DNA from: Entomortierella parvispora E1425
Lineage: Eukaryota; Fungi; Mortierellomycota
Assembly (NCBI GenBank): GCA_020891255.1
Contig: BQFW01000005.1
Span: 868,001-932,000, forward strand
Direction: 5' to 3'
Length of the DNA: 64,000 nt
The notes below the pieces were generated by a model, which did not search any database, was not told the origin of the DNA, and saw only the letters and a program-made list of their open reading frames with translations. The position numbers and the translations under genes are program-made. This document shows, piece by piece, positions 39,545 through 50,424 of the stretch. Position 1 is the first letter of the stretch, and each line of letters starts with the position of its first letter.

Positions 39545-41179
39545 ATGGTTCATCCCGTCGACCTGCCAGAGATTTCAAGCCATGTTGCCTCCTACTTAAG
39601 CAACAAGAGCCTACTCCATTGTATCCTCGTCAACAGAGCCTGGCATTATGCATTCCTCCCAACTCTCTGGAGCGATGTCCATTTCGACGCAATGAACCAA
39701 CAGGCAGTCGACAGCCTTGCACGACATTCTCATTTCGTGAAATCTCTGTCATGGAAAAGCTATGGGTCGCAACCAGACGTACAAATCCTGTCTATCGACT
39801 TTCCTCGACTGCTTTCCCTCCATGCGAATATTGATAAGAGCTGGGACGACGACATGATCGACGCGGCTGAGCGTCTCTTTCGCAGGCATGGTCATGCCCT
39901 CCAGACCATCAGTATCTTCTCGGATGAATCTGGACCCAATTGGATGATCTCAAGCCGGTCTCTCTGGGATATTGCTGCCACAGGATGTAAAGGCTACTCT
40001 CAGTTACGGTCTCTGTCTCTAGATCGGGTTTGCTTTTTTGTGCAGGACTTGGATAACGAATCAAAGGAACTTTTGAAGCAATTGGACTCGTTCTCACTGA
40101 ACCACACCGTACTTTATCGTGCCAACAGCTCAGACCCAGTACTACCACAATGGGGGTTGCAGGGATCCAAGATCCGCCAGCTTGCCTTGACCAACTGTGA
40201 ACACAGCCATCCATCCGACCACCTCCAAACGGAGTATCAGTTGCTGGCAGACTGTCAGGAGATTCAATCGTTAAAATGGGAGAGATATTTGCGACACAGT
40301 AGAGTGTCGATGGCAACGGATCTACAACGAGGCTTCTGGCCCTTCCTGGAGAAACTTGATTTTCAAGGTCTCGAGATCGGGGACGAAGCTTTGGCGGAGA
40401 TACTCTGGACTTTACCACGACCCCTCCGAGACTTGAATGCCAACCATACTGGATTCGGACCCTTGAGCTATCGCGCGTTGCTGAATTTGTTCGAGAGCGG
40501 GGAAGGAACTAGCATTGCGAGAGGTCAGAACCATGCTTCAACATTGGAACGTCTCGTCCTCCAGGCCTGCCGTGGCGTCTCAGGACCCCAAATACAGTCG
40601 TTCCTATGCTCAATGCCAAAACTAAAAGCATTCAGCGCAGTTCTACTGATCGAAGCTGACGTGTTGGCAGACCCTAGGCCCTGGGTTTGCAAACAAATCA
40701 GAAATTTGGAGCTGAACTTTGCACTTCTGGCGCTGGATGCCGAAATCGGGGAAGGATATCCACTAGAGTCCGTCTCCAGGGATATAATTTCAAGACAAAA
40801 GTCGACTTGCTTCTGGAAGCGCCTGAAAGATCTTTCCTCTCTCGAAGAGTTTAGCTCAGGTAATAGCCAGAATATTGCCCTGGATATGAATGATTTGATA
40901 GTACACGACAACGGTCTACGCTATCCATTCCTTCTATTTCAGCAAGGAGAGGATCATGTTACTAGCGATAGAAACTGTGAATGGGGTTTGGGGACTCTGA
41001 AGACCTGGAGAAAGATGCGGCGTCTCTTGCTTTGGGATTCAGCTCAAGTAATACGTCTGTCCGATGCGCAGTGGATGGTTCAGAATTGGCCGCACCTTGA
41101 AGAAGTGGTAGCCTACAAGTGGAGAGGGACTCAGGATGGGGTGAAGGAGCTCTTTGAGGCTCACGGTGTGCGTTTCTAA
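39545..41179 (+). CDS. F-box/LRR (RNI-like) protein, intronless
   Basis: MVHPVDLPEISSHVASYLSNKSLLHCILVNRAWH..FLPTLW F-box-like start; LRSLSL/LEKLDF repeats; DPRPWVCKQIRNL and WMVQNWPHLEE family motifs. Confidence 0.85.
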   Translation: MVHPVDLPEISSHVASYLSNKSLLHCILVNRAWHYAFLPTLWSDVHFDAMNQQAVDSLARHSHFVKSLSWKSYGSQPDVQILSIDFPRLLSLHANIDKSWDDDMIDAAERLFRRHGHALQTISIFSDESGPNWMISSRSLWDIAATGCKGYSQLRSLSLDRVCFFVQDLDNESKELLKQLDSFSLNHTVLYRANSSDPVLPQWGLQGSKIRQLALTNCEHSHPSDHLQTEYQLLADCQEIQSLKWERYLRHSRVSMATDLQRGFWPFLEKLDFQGLEIGDEALAEILWTLPRPLRDLNANHTGFGPLSYRALLNLFESGEGTSIARGQNHASTLERLVLQACRGVSGPQIQSFLCSMPKLKAFSAVLLIEADVLADPRPWVCKQIRNLELNFALLALDAEIGEGYPLESVSRDIISRQKSTCFWKRLKDLSSLEEFSSGNSQNIALDMNDLIVHDNGLRYPFLLFQQGEDHVTSDRNCEWGLGTLKTWRKMRRLLLWDSAQVIRLSDAQWMVQNWPHLEEVVAYKWRGTQDGVKELFEAHGVRF

Positions 41180-41594
41180 CGACAGGATCCAGGACAACAC
41201 GATGGGAGCAGCTAGTCCAAAGACAATTTGTGTCTCTCCATCTCTTGTCTTCAGATAATAAACACGGGCGTTCATGTCCGAGAAGGGTAGGATCATCGTG
41301 GAACTCGCGATGACCAAGTACCAACAAAAAAAATGGTCAACCTGCTGATGGAAGATTGAGCAGAAATGGGCACCCCTTAAATAATGAGGCACATCGCCAT
41401 TCTTTGAAAGTTGCGCTGCCAACATGCATGTGCATGTGCATGTGCTTGGGTGACAATCTCTGCCCATTACTCCGCCCTTGACAAAAACAGCCAGTGTCCG
41501 TATTCTCTGAGAGTAAAGAATTATATCCTCATGTTCCAATTTCACTCCTCCGTATACCACTTTCTAACTTGAAGTCCGCTCCAGTAGAGTCAAG

Positions 41595-43619
41595 ATGCCA
41601 GCCTCAGCCTTAGACTTGCCCGAGGTGCTTGGACATATCATTTATTTTCTGAAGGATGACAGATCAACCCTTCGTGATGTTCGACTCGTTTCGCGATTCT
41701 TTCTAGCAGCGGCAAACAAGGTCTTTCGCGTACATCTCACTATGTCCTACGCCAAAGATCACCACTGTGTCCAACAAGCAGCCCACATCATTGGAGGACT
41801 GAATCTCAACCATCAACCAGCCACCCCCGCCCAGAATCTTGACAAGACACAAAATCTGGAAAACATTGCCTTTTGCTCATTGGTGGCCCGGAGCTGCTAT
41901 AACCTCGAAACAGTCAAGATTGAGTTGAAGCATCACCGACATTTCGAATCTCTCTCTGGAATGTTATCGGCCTTGTTCTCACAGGACATGAGAGGAAACC
42001 CCGCCTTTCGACTTAAAGAAATCCATATTTCTTTCGGATACGACTTAAGAAGCTCATTCATTGCGGAACTTCAGAAACAGGCGACATCAGTAGGAGATAC
42101 CTCGACTACTGTCCAACCTGGATTGTCATTCTCTCGGCTGGAAAAGCTCGTGTGGACTAAGCGACGGACATTGGACAATTCGAATATGTACAAGATTCTG
42201 CAATATAATACCGGACCTGAAATTGCAGCTGCGACCCGTTTTCTTTGCCCGGTATTCTTGGAACCTCCAGTTCCCCTTTCGTCGCCATCGACAGGACATA
42301 GGACACTCAAAATCTTTAGTGCCCCAGACACCGCCATTGGAATTGATCAGATGTACATCATGGTTGAATGCGCTCCGACCTTGGAGGAGTTGGATATCCT
42401 TACAGTCAACAACGTTACCAAGATCGAGCTGAGCTCTATGGAGTTATTAAAACATCATTCGAACAGGAAAACTGGATCTTTGAGACTAAGGCGTCTCCGA
42501 ATGGCGACTGCAAAAGATGTGTATGCTCGACTACTCTTGCGCCTTTTGGACCCGGAGGTCGCTGACACCTTCCAACTACACTGTTGCTATGCAGATAGGA
42601 CTGCGAGAGATTTGGCAGAGGTGGATTCCAATGATAAATCAGAGGTCCTCAAAAATGCTTTTGACCGAAAATATCAACAACAGGATCGCCTACAGAATTC
42701 TCAGAGGTATAACCAGCAGCAATTCAGCTTGACTCCGCGCTATCGAAGTTTTGGAATCCGGACTCTTTCGCCTACGATAGGGGCTATAGACTGGGTTCAA
42801 GTCCTTCGCGATAACGAACAACTTCACCATCTGGAAGAACTGCTTCTACCTTGCACTGTGCATCAGTTCTTTGGCCAGATTGACCACGTTAGTGCTGGTG
42901 GGATCTCACAACTGTGCACCAATACCGTGCCTAGCCAACAGATAATGCCATTTCCAGCCGCTATGAGTCTACGTTCATTTGCAATCACTGGCCTCGATAT
43001 CAGCGCACCAGAATTGACAGCAGGAGATGGTAAGCGTCTTGCAGACATTCTCCTCTGCCACATGCCTCGACTCCAACGACTCAAGCTTCATAGAAACCCA
43101 TGGAGAGACTTTACATTTCTGGATGCCATAGCCCCATCAACACCCTCGGCTTTGGACTCTAACAGGAGCAGGACCTGGACTGGAATGCGATACTTGGAGT
43201 CCTTGGAGTTTTCACTGGAATTTTTGAGGCCGTTGGAGTTCCAGTCCCTTCCTGGATATGAAAAGCTGACGGCGATACAGTGCCGGACGAGGGAGCACCA
43301 CAATGGGATTGAACTTAATGCTACCACCTTTCAAATCTTGAAGGATGAGATGAAGTCAGTGGCACAACAACTTGTGATCGACTCCCAACCAATCCAAATC
43401 CATGATCGTCGAGTGGAGCAGTTCATGGAGATCATGGGTCGATTCCAAAGAAGACATCTCGATGTTACGAATGGAGGGTTGGAGGGGTCCGGTCTTGTCG
43501 TTGGGTTGACAAAGGTTACTATGTACCAAAGTGGATTACCAGACATTCATGTGGACGGGATAAAGGCAATGTGTGCTCAGCAGTTTCCAAGATTGGCACT
43601 CACCATCATCGGCCAATAA
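41595..43619 (+). CDS. F-box/LRR-like protein, intronless, 674 aa
   Basis: ALDLPEVLGHIIYFL..STLRDVRLVSRFF F-box-like start; LRR-like units (LETVKI, LEELDI, LEELLL, MPRLQRLKL); uninterrupted ORF. Confidence 0.78.
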   Translation: MPASALDLPEVLGHIIYFLKDDRSTLRDVRLVSRFFLAAANKVFRVHLTMSYAKDHHCVQQAAHIIGGLNLNHQPATPAQNLDKTQNLENIAFCSLVARSCYNLETVKIELKHHRHFESLSGMLSALFSQDMRGNPAFRLKEIHISFGYDLRSSFIAELQKQATSVGDTSTTVQPGLSFSRLEKLVWTKRRTLDNSNMYKILQYNTGPEIAAATRFLCPVFLEPPVPLSSPSTGHRTLKIFSAPDTAIGIDQMYIMVECAPTLEELDILTVNNVTKIELSSMELLKHHSNRKTGSLRLRRLRMATAKDVYARLLLRLLDPEVADTFQLHCCYADRTARDLAEVDSNDKSEVLKNAFDRKYQQQDRLQNSQRYNQQQFSLTPRYRSFGIRTLSPTIGAIDWVQVLRDNEQLHHLEELLLPCTVHQFFGQIDHVSAGGISQLCTNTVPSQQIMPFPAAMSLRSFAITGLDISAPELTAGDGKRLADILLCHMPRLQRLKLHRNPWRDFTFLDAIAPSTPSALDSNRSRTWTGMRYLESLEFSLEFLRPLEFQSLPGYEKLTAIQCRTREHHNGIELNATTFQILKDEMKSVAQQLVIDSQPIQIHDRRVEQFMEIMGRFQRRHLDVTNGGLEGSGLVVGLTKVTMYQSGLPDIHVDGIKAMCAQQFPRLALTIIGQ

Positions 43620-43852
43620 AGCAGTTCACCAATAGTCCCTTCTTTCTATGTCTACCGCCAAATGTATCATCCCCCTGCTTTTTTTCACAAATTCCTCGCG
43701 TGCCGTCGCGTCGAACACGCGTATTTACTTCCATACAGGACACTCAAGTTATTCTTTCTTTTCCCGTCTCACCCCCACTCCCTGTTTCCCAACACAGTTC
43801 AGTCGTCCGTTGCTCTGTCCTCCGCAATGACCAATTCTTCCTCCGCCCCTAG

Positions 43853-44588
43853 GCGAGTTGGGTGAGATCCTGCTCAGCTCAATCGTGCGTCATGTACTAC
43901 GACAACTCGAAATCCTGACGAAAGGATGTTCTGTTTTTGACGAGGTTTGGAGACTCAGCTCAGCCTTGGTGCAGCCGCCAGCCCTGGCCCCTTCTACCAG
44001 TGCGACATCGCCATTGTTGGCGAAATCGCCTGAGTCTGATTCTTCTGGGTCAGCCCTATCGCAGTCTCCACTGCAGTCAGCTTCATCTGGTGATGGTTCA
44101 GATACCTCTTTGACCGAATCCATGTTGGGCACGATAGAAGAAACAGGGGGAACAGGAGCAACGACAAAAATAACGGTTGACTCTGTCAGATCGAGGATTC
44201 CCTTTGTAAAGACGCTCCAAACTCTCAAGTTGAGGAACTATTCCAGAAGGCTGGCAAGGAAATTTGAGGTTTCTACTGAGATGCACTGTCAATCTAGAAG
44301 TGTTTGATTTGGACGATGCAAAGCATGCTCACAACATCCTTCCCAAGGCTTGAAGAATACAACGAGAAAAGTCGGGACCAACAACAACTACTCCTATCCC
44401 TACGCATCCTCAAGATCCATGTGAACAGCGACCAGTACGCAGAATTTGCTGGAGATCGACTCTGGAATCTCTTTGATCGACTGAAGAATCCAGAAATATC
44501 CAAAGTCAAGGAGGAAACATCAGATGAAAATGATGACTGGGTCCAAAGAGGTTCTTATTATCATAGCCATGCTCATTTATTGCTGTGA
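43853..44588 (+). pseudogene. Coding-like fragment in two frames (switch near 44304), possibly a degenerate gene
   Basis: CCTAG acceptor at about 43852 then ELGEILLSSIVRHVLRQLEIL...FVKTLQTLKL; second frame IWTMQSMLTTSFPRLEEY loosely resembles LRR-protein C-termini; no start exon found. Confidence 0.3.
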
Positions 44589-46538
44589 ACGGATTGCCAG
44601 GTGCTGGGCCTCAGCTGCTCTTTTCGCTTGAAGAGCATCGAGCCCTCTCCTTCGGCATAGTCCAGCACAAGGGCATCCACCTTTCCCTTTGGCCCAGTTT
44701 GAAAAGTTGCCAACGCCTTACCTCTAAAGCTCATGTCCTTCAGATCCACCACAAATGAATTGAAGTGATAATGAACCAACTCGTGCTCAGTCTGCCACAA
44801 CTTTGCATAGAGCTTGTCTGGAGAAGAAAGATCATCTCCTTTCTCCAGACGGACAACTATCTCCTGTGCCATAGGGTTCACAAACTCGCCGACGTAAGCC
44901 TCCAAGTCCGAGTGGCATGGAGTCGTGTTGGGAACTTGCTCAGGGAAACCCCATTCTGCCATTTTCGAATACTTGTAATAACTCTCTGTGTTATTCACCA
45001 CTGCCTCCCCAAGCCAATCTCGGGTTCGCGGAAGGTCCAAGAGGACATCAGCGATATGATAGACCACTCCGTAACAAAGCGCGTTCTCCAACATATTGTT
45101 GACCTGGGCAATCACGAGATCCGAGTCGGGAAACATGCACAAATGGGCCGTGAAACCGGCGAGACCACCGCCTGATGAGTTTGGGGGGAGGTGGGGGGGT
45201 GGAAAGTACAGGCGTCTGAGTGAGCAACAAAAGCATACAAAGACTATCCCTCTCAAGGTACAAATCACTTCACTCACTATGACTGTAGTTGGCCTGGCCC
45301 TTGTACGAGTTGATAGCCCATCCGTATCCATACGCTGCCATCAAAGGAAAATCTGGGGTCCTTGATGATCCAACTGGGGCGATGACCTTGGGCGTCAAGG
45401 TCTCGCGAACGCTTTTTGTGTTCAAAACCATCTTTTTTTTCTTCTTTGACGGCTCTCCCTCTTCAGAATCGCCGCTCTTTTCGCTGGCAGCAGCCCCATG
45501 GTCGATGACAGCCTTGCCCCACTTGACCAAGTCTAACACGTTGGAAAACAAGTCTCCCGCAGCAGCGCTCGAGGCAAAAAGCTCATCCAACTCCAATTGC
45601 TCGTACCGTCCTTCTTTAGCATCGTCGAAACTAGAAGCAAGAAATCCTCTGGCGTGATTGTGAGGTGCACGCTTCTTCATCTCAGTGGTGGTAAACCCAG
45701 TGTTTTCCAAACCCAGGGGCTTGATCACCTTTTGATCGATTAGATCCTCAAGCGTGGCATTCTCGAGCCCAGACGCGGCCACAGCTGCTTCACCGGCGAC
45801 AGTGTACATGCTGTTGTCGTACTGGTATTTTGGAACGTGAGGACGGTCTTCGGGAATGGTCAGTTCTCGGAAGGCCTGAATAGTTTCCAAACGACTGCGT
45901 TGATTACGATAGAAAAGGAACGCCGTGCTTGGAAGGCCCTAAATGTGATTCCGACCTATCGGTTTTAGTGCTTTGTCCTTTTGACTTCAACTCTTGATGA
46001 TTGCTATGCCTGTGAAGCCCGCCTCCTTACTGTTTGATGAGATAAAAGATCCGAGATGGTCAACTTGCGCGTCAGGGTGGGGTCTTGCAGCTCAAACACT
46101 GGAAGGTACTTGTTGACAGGTGTTTTGTCCCAGTCCATCTTGCCTTCCGCTACCAATTCTCCAATTGCCGTGGCAGTAAAGGCCTTCGTCAACGAAGCGA
46201 TGGGAGAAAGTGTCTGTAATCAAACCGTGTATAAGAAGAGCAAGGCAGATCGATGAATGCTGCGACCCTCATTCACCCATCCTGATAACTCTTTGCAGAA
46301 CACGAAACATTCATCTTACTTCAGGAGTATATGGCTCTTGTTGTTCATTGCGGATACCGAATCCCTCGGCAAATACGAGCTCACCCTTGAAAAGAATAGC
46401 CACTGCTCCTCCAACCATACCGCAGGCCTTCCTACTCGCTTCAATGGCAGTAGAAAGATCCTTGAAGAGTTGAGGCTGATCAACCTTGCTGGCCGCTGTT
46501 GCAGGCACAGGAGAGGCGGCAGAGGAAGTTGGTTGCAT
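44573..46538 (-). CDS. Beta-lactamase / peptidase S12-family serine hydrolase with DUF3471-like C-terminal domain, 4 exons
   Basis: VFAEGFG, catalytic ASLTK (SxxK), DLLSHQT|GLP, YQYDN (YxN), YSH|SGGLAGF (HxG), C-terminal YVGEFVNP...LVHYHFNSF; in-frame GT-AG introns. Confidence 0.9.
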
Positions 46539-46681
46539 GTTGGAGAAGTTCAGTTTGTTGATTATACCAAGACCAGCGCGAGTTCTTTTATACTTTTAAC
46601 GGAAGGAGAGTAAAGTCGAAACATCGCAGCACTTTAGTCAAGGTTCCGCGGCAGTTGAGCAAATCCGCAGCGGTTGACGCA

Positions 46682-48030
46682 ATGCCCACCATGACCATAC
46701 CAAAAAAATTCATGATAAAATTAATTTTATTCCGTCTACAAAATTTACAGTGTCAACCACCGAAAACCTCAGCCTCGTCTCCATGGTCATGGCATCACCA
46801 CTTTAGCTCGAGTGCTCATCAACAGCAGGTAAAAGCAGAGCCATTGTCCTCAACAGTAAACAAGTCACGGTCATGGCAGTCTTGGACTGAAGCAGAGGAT
46901 CAGATTTTCAAAAAATCACTCACTCGGGAGAGAGATGGCCATGCATGGGCCGCGTCCCAATTGCCTCACAGAACACCATCGGCAGTCAAAGGTCGCCGCA
47001 CACATTTCAAGGAGGAGAAGATCGCTCGAAATCTCTGGACTGAGCAGGAGGATCTAATTCTCCAGGAATCATTCAATATCCCCCGTGGTATCAAGGTTGC
47101 CGTAAGCCAATTGCCGTCCAGATCCTGCTATGCAGTGAGGCATCGGCGTCACACGCAGCTTCAATATCCCCTCCACAAAGAGGGCAAGACTTGGCTTCCT
47201 GAGGAAATAGAGACCCTATCCTCTCTGATCCGGCAGAATGTGCGACCTTACCAGGTTCGACTTCATTTCCCAGGGCGCTCTTTCAGAAGTCTTATGGTTC
47301 AACACGGCAAGCTGAAGACTGAAATGGGGCTACAGGGAAAGAAGGCCAAGGAGAACACCTATAGCCCAAAGAGACAACGCCGCTGGACCCAGGAAGAGGA
47401 CGATCAGATACGTCAGGAATTAAGTCGATCAGACAATGCAGCACTGTCCTGCGACCAAGTCTTGAGCCGCCTGATGTTCAGCCCCACATGGGATCGGTAC
47501 GAGGACTCGACCAGAAAACGTATAATGAAGATCATGAATGGTCGATATCCCCCCTCGTCTACCCTGCTGTGGACTTCCGTAGACGAATCCAGAGTCATGG
47601 CTGCAGTGGCCGACTACGTTGGCCCAAGGTATCGACCACAGCTCAGCTATTTAGGACAGGACTTTGTGAACTCTGAGCGCAGTTTTGAGCCACAGCGCTA
47701 CAGTAAGCCGGGAAAATAATATCCTATGACGATGACAAGCCTTATCTCTCTCCGAATTCTCCAGAACTTGACCGGATTGATTGGCAGGATGTCGCAAGGA
47801 AAGTTCAAACAAAACCACCGGGCAGTTGCCGCTATCAGTTTTACAACCGTTTGAGCTTACGATCCAGGAAACCATGGTCTGCGGAAGAGAACGATCGCTT
47901 ACTCAAAGCATTGGCAGAACATGGACCAGACTCAGTGATGCTTTCAAAGCTCGTGGAAACCCGCGGCCCTCGGCAATGCCTACAAAAGCTTTGGAAGATG
48001 GACAATAGGAATGAACTGAGGCAGAATTGA
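46682..48030 (+). CDS. Myb/SANT-like multi-repeat protein (about 6 repeats), 2 exons, possible mitochondrial presequence
   Basis: Repeats WTEAEDQIF, WTEQEDLIL, WLPEEIETL, WTQEEDDQI, WTSVDESRV, WSAEENDRLL. Intron 47703-47764 (GTAAGC...CCAG) extends the ORF in frame to TGA 48028-48030. Start ATG 46682 or 46712. Confidence 0.7.
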
Positions 48031-48182
48031 GAGAGAATGAATTCATTTGGGATCATTATTTTATTTTACAGGCAAAGCTATGATACAAATTGAACAGCCG
48101 AGGTGTTTCTGGAGACAGTGGGGTATTTGGTTGATATGGAAAAACGATGGACGGGAAGCCCAAATAATGCCCACATGAGACA

Positions 48183-48190
48183 ATGATGAC

Positions 48191-48220
<30 letters not shown>
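48183..48220 (+). repeat. (GAT)n microsatellite
   Basis: About 12 GAT/GAC units read directly, just beyond the stop of the 48239-49420 ORF. Confidence 0.9.
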
Positions 48221-48222
<2 letters not shown>

Positions 48223-48238
48223 CAGCAAACCCAACAAC

Positions 48239-49420
48239 CTACAAGTCTTTGTCCGAGTATGGATCAGATGGTACGTAACCTGGGCTGAGGCTTCTTTGCT
48301 CGAAAAAAAACCTATCATGGTCATACATACAATCAAACATGTTCTCATCATTTTCATGGTAGATGGAGTTCACCTCAGAGTCAGACTCCCGCACATATTG
48401 GTAAACTGGCTCATCCACGTAATAGCGGTCATCATCAGGGTCCACATCTTGATAGAGTGCGTTCCTATCAACAGGAAAATAGGGAGGTTCGTCATCCATA
48501 TCTTCCATCCAATGATCATCTGAGACGGAAAGCCAGGGGAGGCATGGTCGAAGTCGAGGGAGGGGAGTTCTTGGGGAGGACAAACCCGGGGTCGCGGGGT
48601 TCTGGTGAATACTCTCTTCGTCGCTGTGAAAGGAACCAAGCTGTGGAAGCAATCCAGGAAGAGGTGTCTCCATAGGAGATGCGCCAGGCGTTATCCGATT
48701 CCAGTAGGCATTTCGAGGGTCCCTGATCATGTCAGTTTCAGAATCTTGAACATAACGGTAGACAGGGCTCTCGACGTAGTACTGATCATCATTAGGGTCG
48801 AGTTCGGGATTCAAGCTGTTGAGGTCCACTGGCTCATATGGAGGTTCGTCATGAAGGTCATCCAAGAACGAGTAGTGGGGGCAAGCATCGTACGGGAAGG
48901 ACAGTCGCAAATGAAGGCGAGATGGCAACTCAACAGACTCATTGTCATTGGTACTGGAGTAGGGTGAGGTTTGGTAGCCGATGGTTGCCGCAGCAGGAGA
49001 GACAGAACCGGACAGCGAGGTGCCGTGGTTGGACTCCAAGCGGTCTGGCGTTTCAGGCGGAGTGTAAAACAACGACGGGCTTGAGGGGGACGACGGAGGA
49101 GTCCAAAAGGTTGCCAAGGGACTCCAGGAAGAAGTCTGTGGATCTTGTTCTTGCTCTTGCTCTTGATGGCCTTGGCTTGGTGTCGATACATTTTCGACGT
49201 TGGGGCTGTACACGTTCAACTCACAGTCGAGATCACTCAGCTCGGGAGAAGGATAGAGTTGACTGGCGGTCGTAGAAGTAGTAACAGAAGAGTTAACAAC
49301 TGTGCCAACAGCAGAAAAAGAGACAGTAGAGGGGTGGCGGTTCTTACCATGGATACCGTCCAACCCAACTACAACGTCCATGTCCGTTGTATATGTGTGT
49401 GCGTCCAAACTCATAATCAT
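48239..49420 (-). CDS. Hypothetical acidic Pro/Ser-rich protein with a duplicated 45-aa motif
   Basis: 393-aa uninterrupted ORF starting with ATG; the internal repeat is better conserved in protein than in DNA, supporting coding status; no family recognised. Confidence 0.7.
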   Translation of the reverse strand: MIMSLDAHTYTTDMDVVVGLDGIHGKNRHPSTVSFSAVGTVVNSSVTTSTTASQLYPSPELSDLDCELNVYSPNVENVSTPSQGHQEQEQEQDPQTSSWSPLATFWTPPSSPSSPSLFYTPPETPDRLESNHGTSLSGSVSPAAATIGYQTSPYSSTNDNESVELPSRLHLRLSFPYDACPHYSFLDDLHDEPPYEPVDLNSLNPELDPNDDQYYVESPVYRYVQDSETDMIRDPRNAYWNRITPGASPMETPLPGLLPQLGSFHSDEESIHQNPATPGLSSPRTPLPRLRPCLPWLSVSDDHWMEDMDDEPPYFPVDRNALYQDVDPDDDRYYVDEPVYQYVRESDSEVNSIYHENDENMFDCMYDHDRFFFEQRSLSPGYVPSDPYSDKDL

Positions 49421-49836
49421 CAGTTCTGCACAAATTTCACAGTAATCAACAAACAGAGAAAGAAAATGGGAGAGAGTGAAGGAATAGAAACTGCTGCGGA
49501 AGTAAAATCACAGAGAGAAAGAGAGAGGGAACTGAAAGATTGCTCGTTGGTAGTTGATGGCTTGCTTGAAAACTCAAGGTACAGTTCAATATAGAGTCGG
49601 GAACAGGGCAGTAGGAGAGAAAGAGGGAGATGAAGGGAGTGAGTTGGGAAAGAAAGAAAGGAGAGGAGAGAAAAAAGAAAAGGCGCAAACGCAACTGCCA
49701 AGGATGGGTGGCTGTTCACTTTGCAAGGAAATAACGTCAAAGGTGACGTCACTGTCTATCTATGTTTGGAAATAATGGAGTTGAAATTGCTGAGTATTTA
49801 AATAAAATTTAAAAATGATCACCATAAGATCCAGAA

Positions 49837-49908
49837 GGGGTTGTAGCTCAGTGGTAGAGCGCTCGCTTTGCATGCGAGAGGCCCTGGTTTCAATCACCAG
49901 CTGCTCCA
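49837..49908 (+). tRNA. tRNA-Ala(UGC), atypical (U53:A61 pair, U6-U67 mismatch)
   Basis: Cloverleaf: acceptor GGGGTTG/CTGCTCC with G3:U70, D-arm GCTC/GAGC, anticodon arm CTCGC-TTTGCAT-GCGAG, T-arm CTGGT-TTCAATC-ACCAG, discriminator A, T-run terminator 7 nt downstream. Confidence 0.85.
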
Positions 49909-50424
49909 CGGATTCTTTTTTGTTTGTTTTTTGTCCCAGCCGCGTGGCCATGCTGGGTTAACCATCCTTTTTCCCTGTGGGAGGAAACGACTAGTTATCA
50001 AACCACACACCTTCGCACAGCAACGACAATCTCTGCAGTTATTTTTTTCCTTGTCAAAAGTCCTCCGCTTCGTGTTGTCGCGTCTCATCCCACCAGAGCT
50101 GTGTGGTTTGGGGGGGGGGGGGATCAAAATAACGCGACAGAGAAACGGAAGGACAAACATGCAAACTAGTCAGCTCTGTTTGCATAAGAGACAACGTTTT
50201 ACTGCTCTGGGGGTTTTGTGGGACCAAGACTCCAAATGACAGGGTATCATGTGACACGACCATCTTGGTATAAGAGTGAGAACTCGCTCGCTCTTTTCTC
50301 TTTCTCTTCGCTCACACTTTCACCCTCTCCTTTCCGCTTCCTTTTCCCCCCTCTTCCTCCCCTCTCCCTCTCAAATAACACGCTGTCCTTCCTTAGGCGT
50401 ATATTCTCTTCACGAAAGCCCATC

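Noticed and set aside
41039-41560. 173-aa minus-strand ORF with a hydrophobic segment between two F-box genes
   Set aside because: Non-ATG start, overlaps the 3' end of the plus-strand gene, includes an (ATGTGC)3 repeat; no family recognised.
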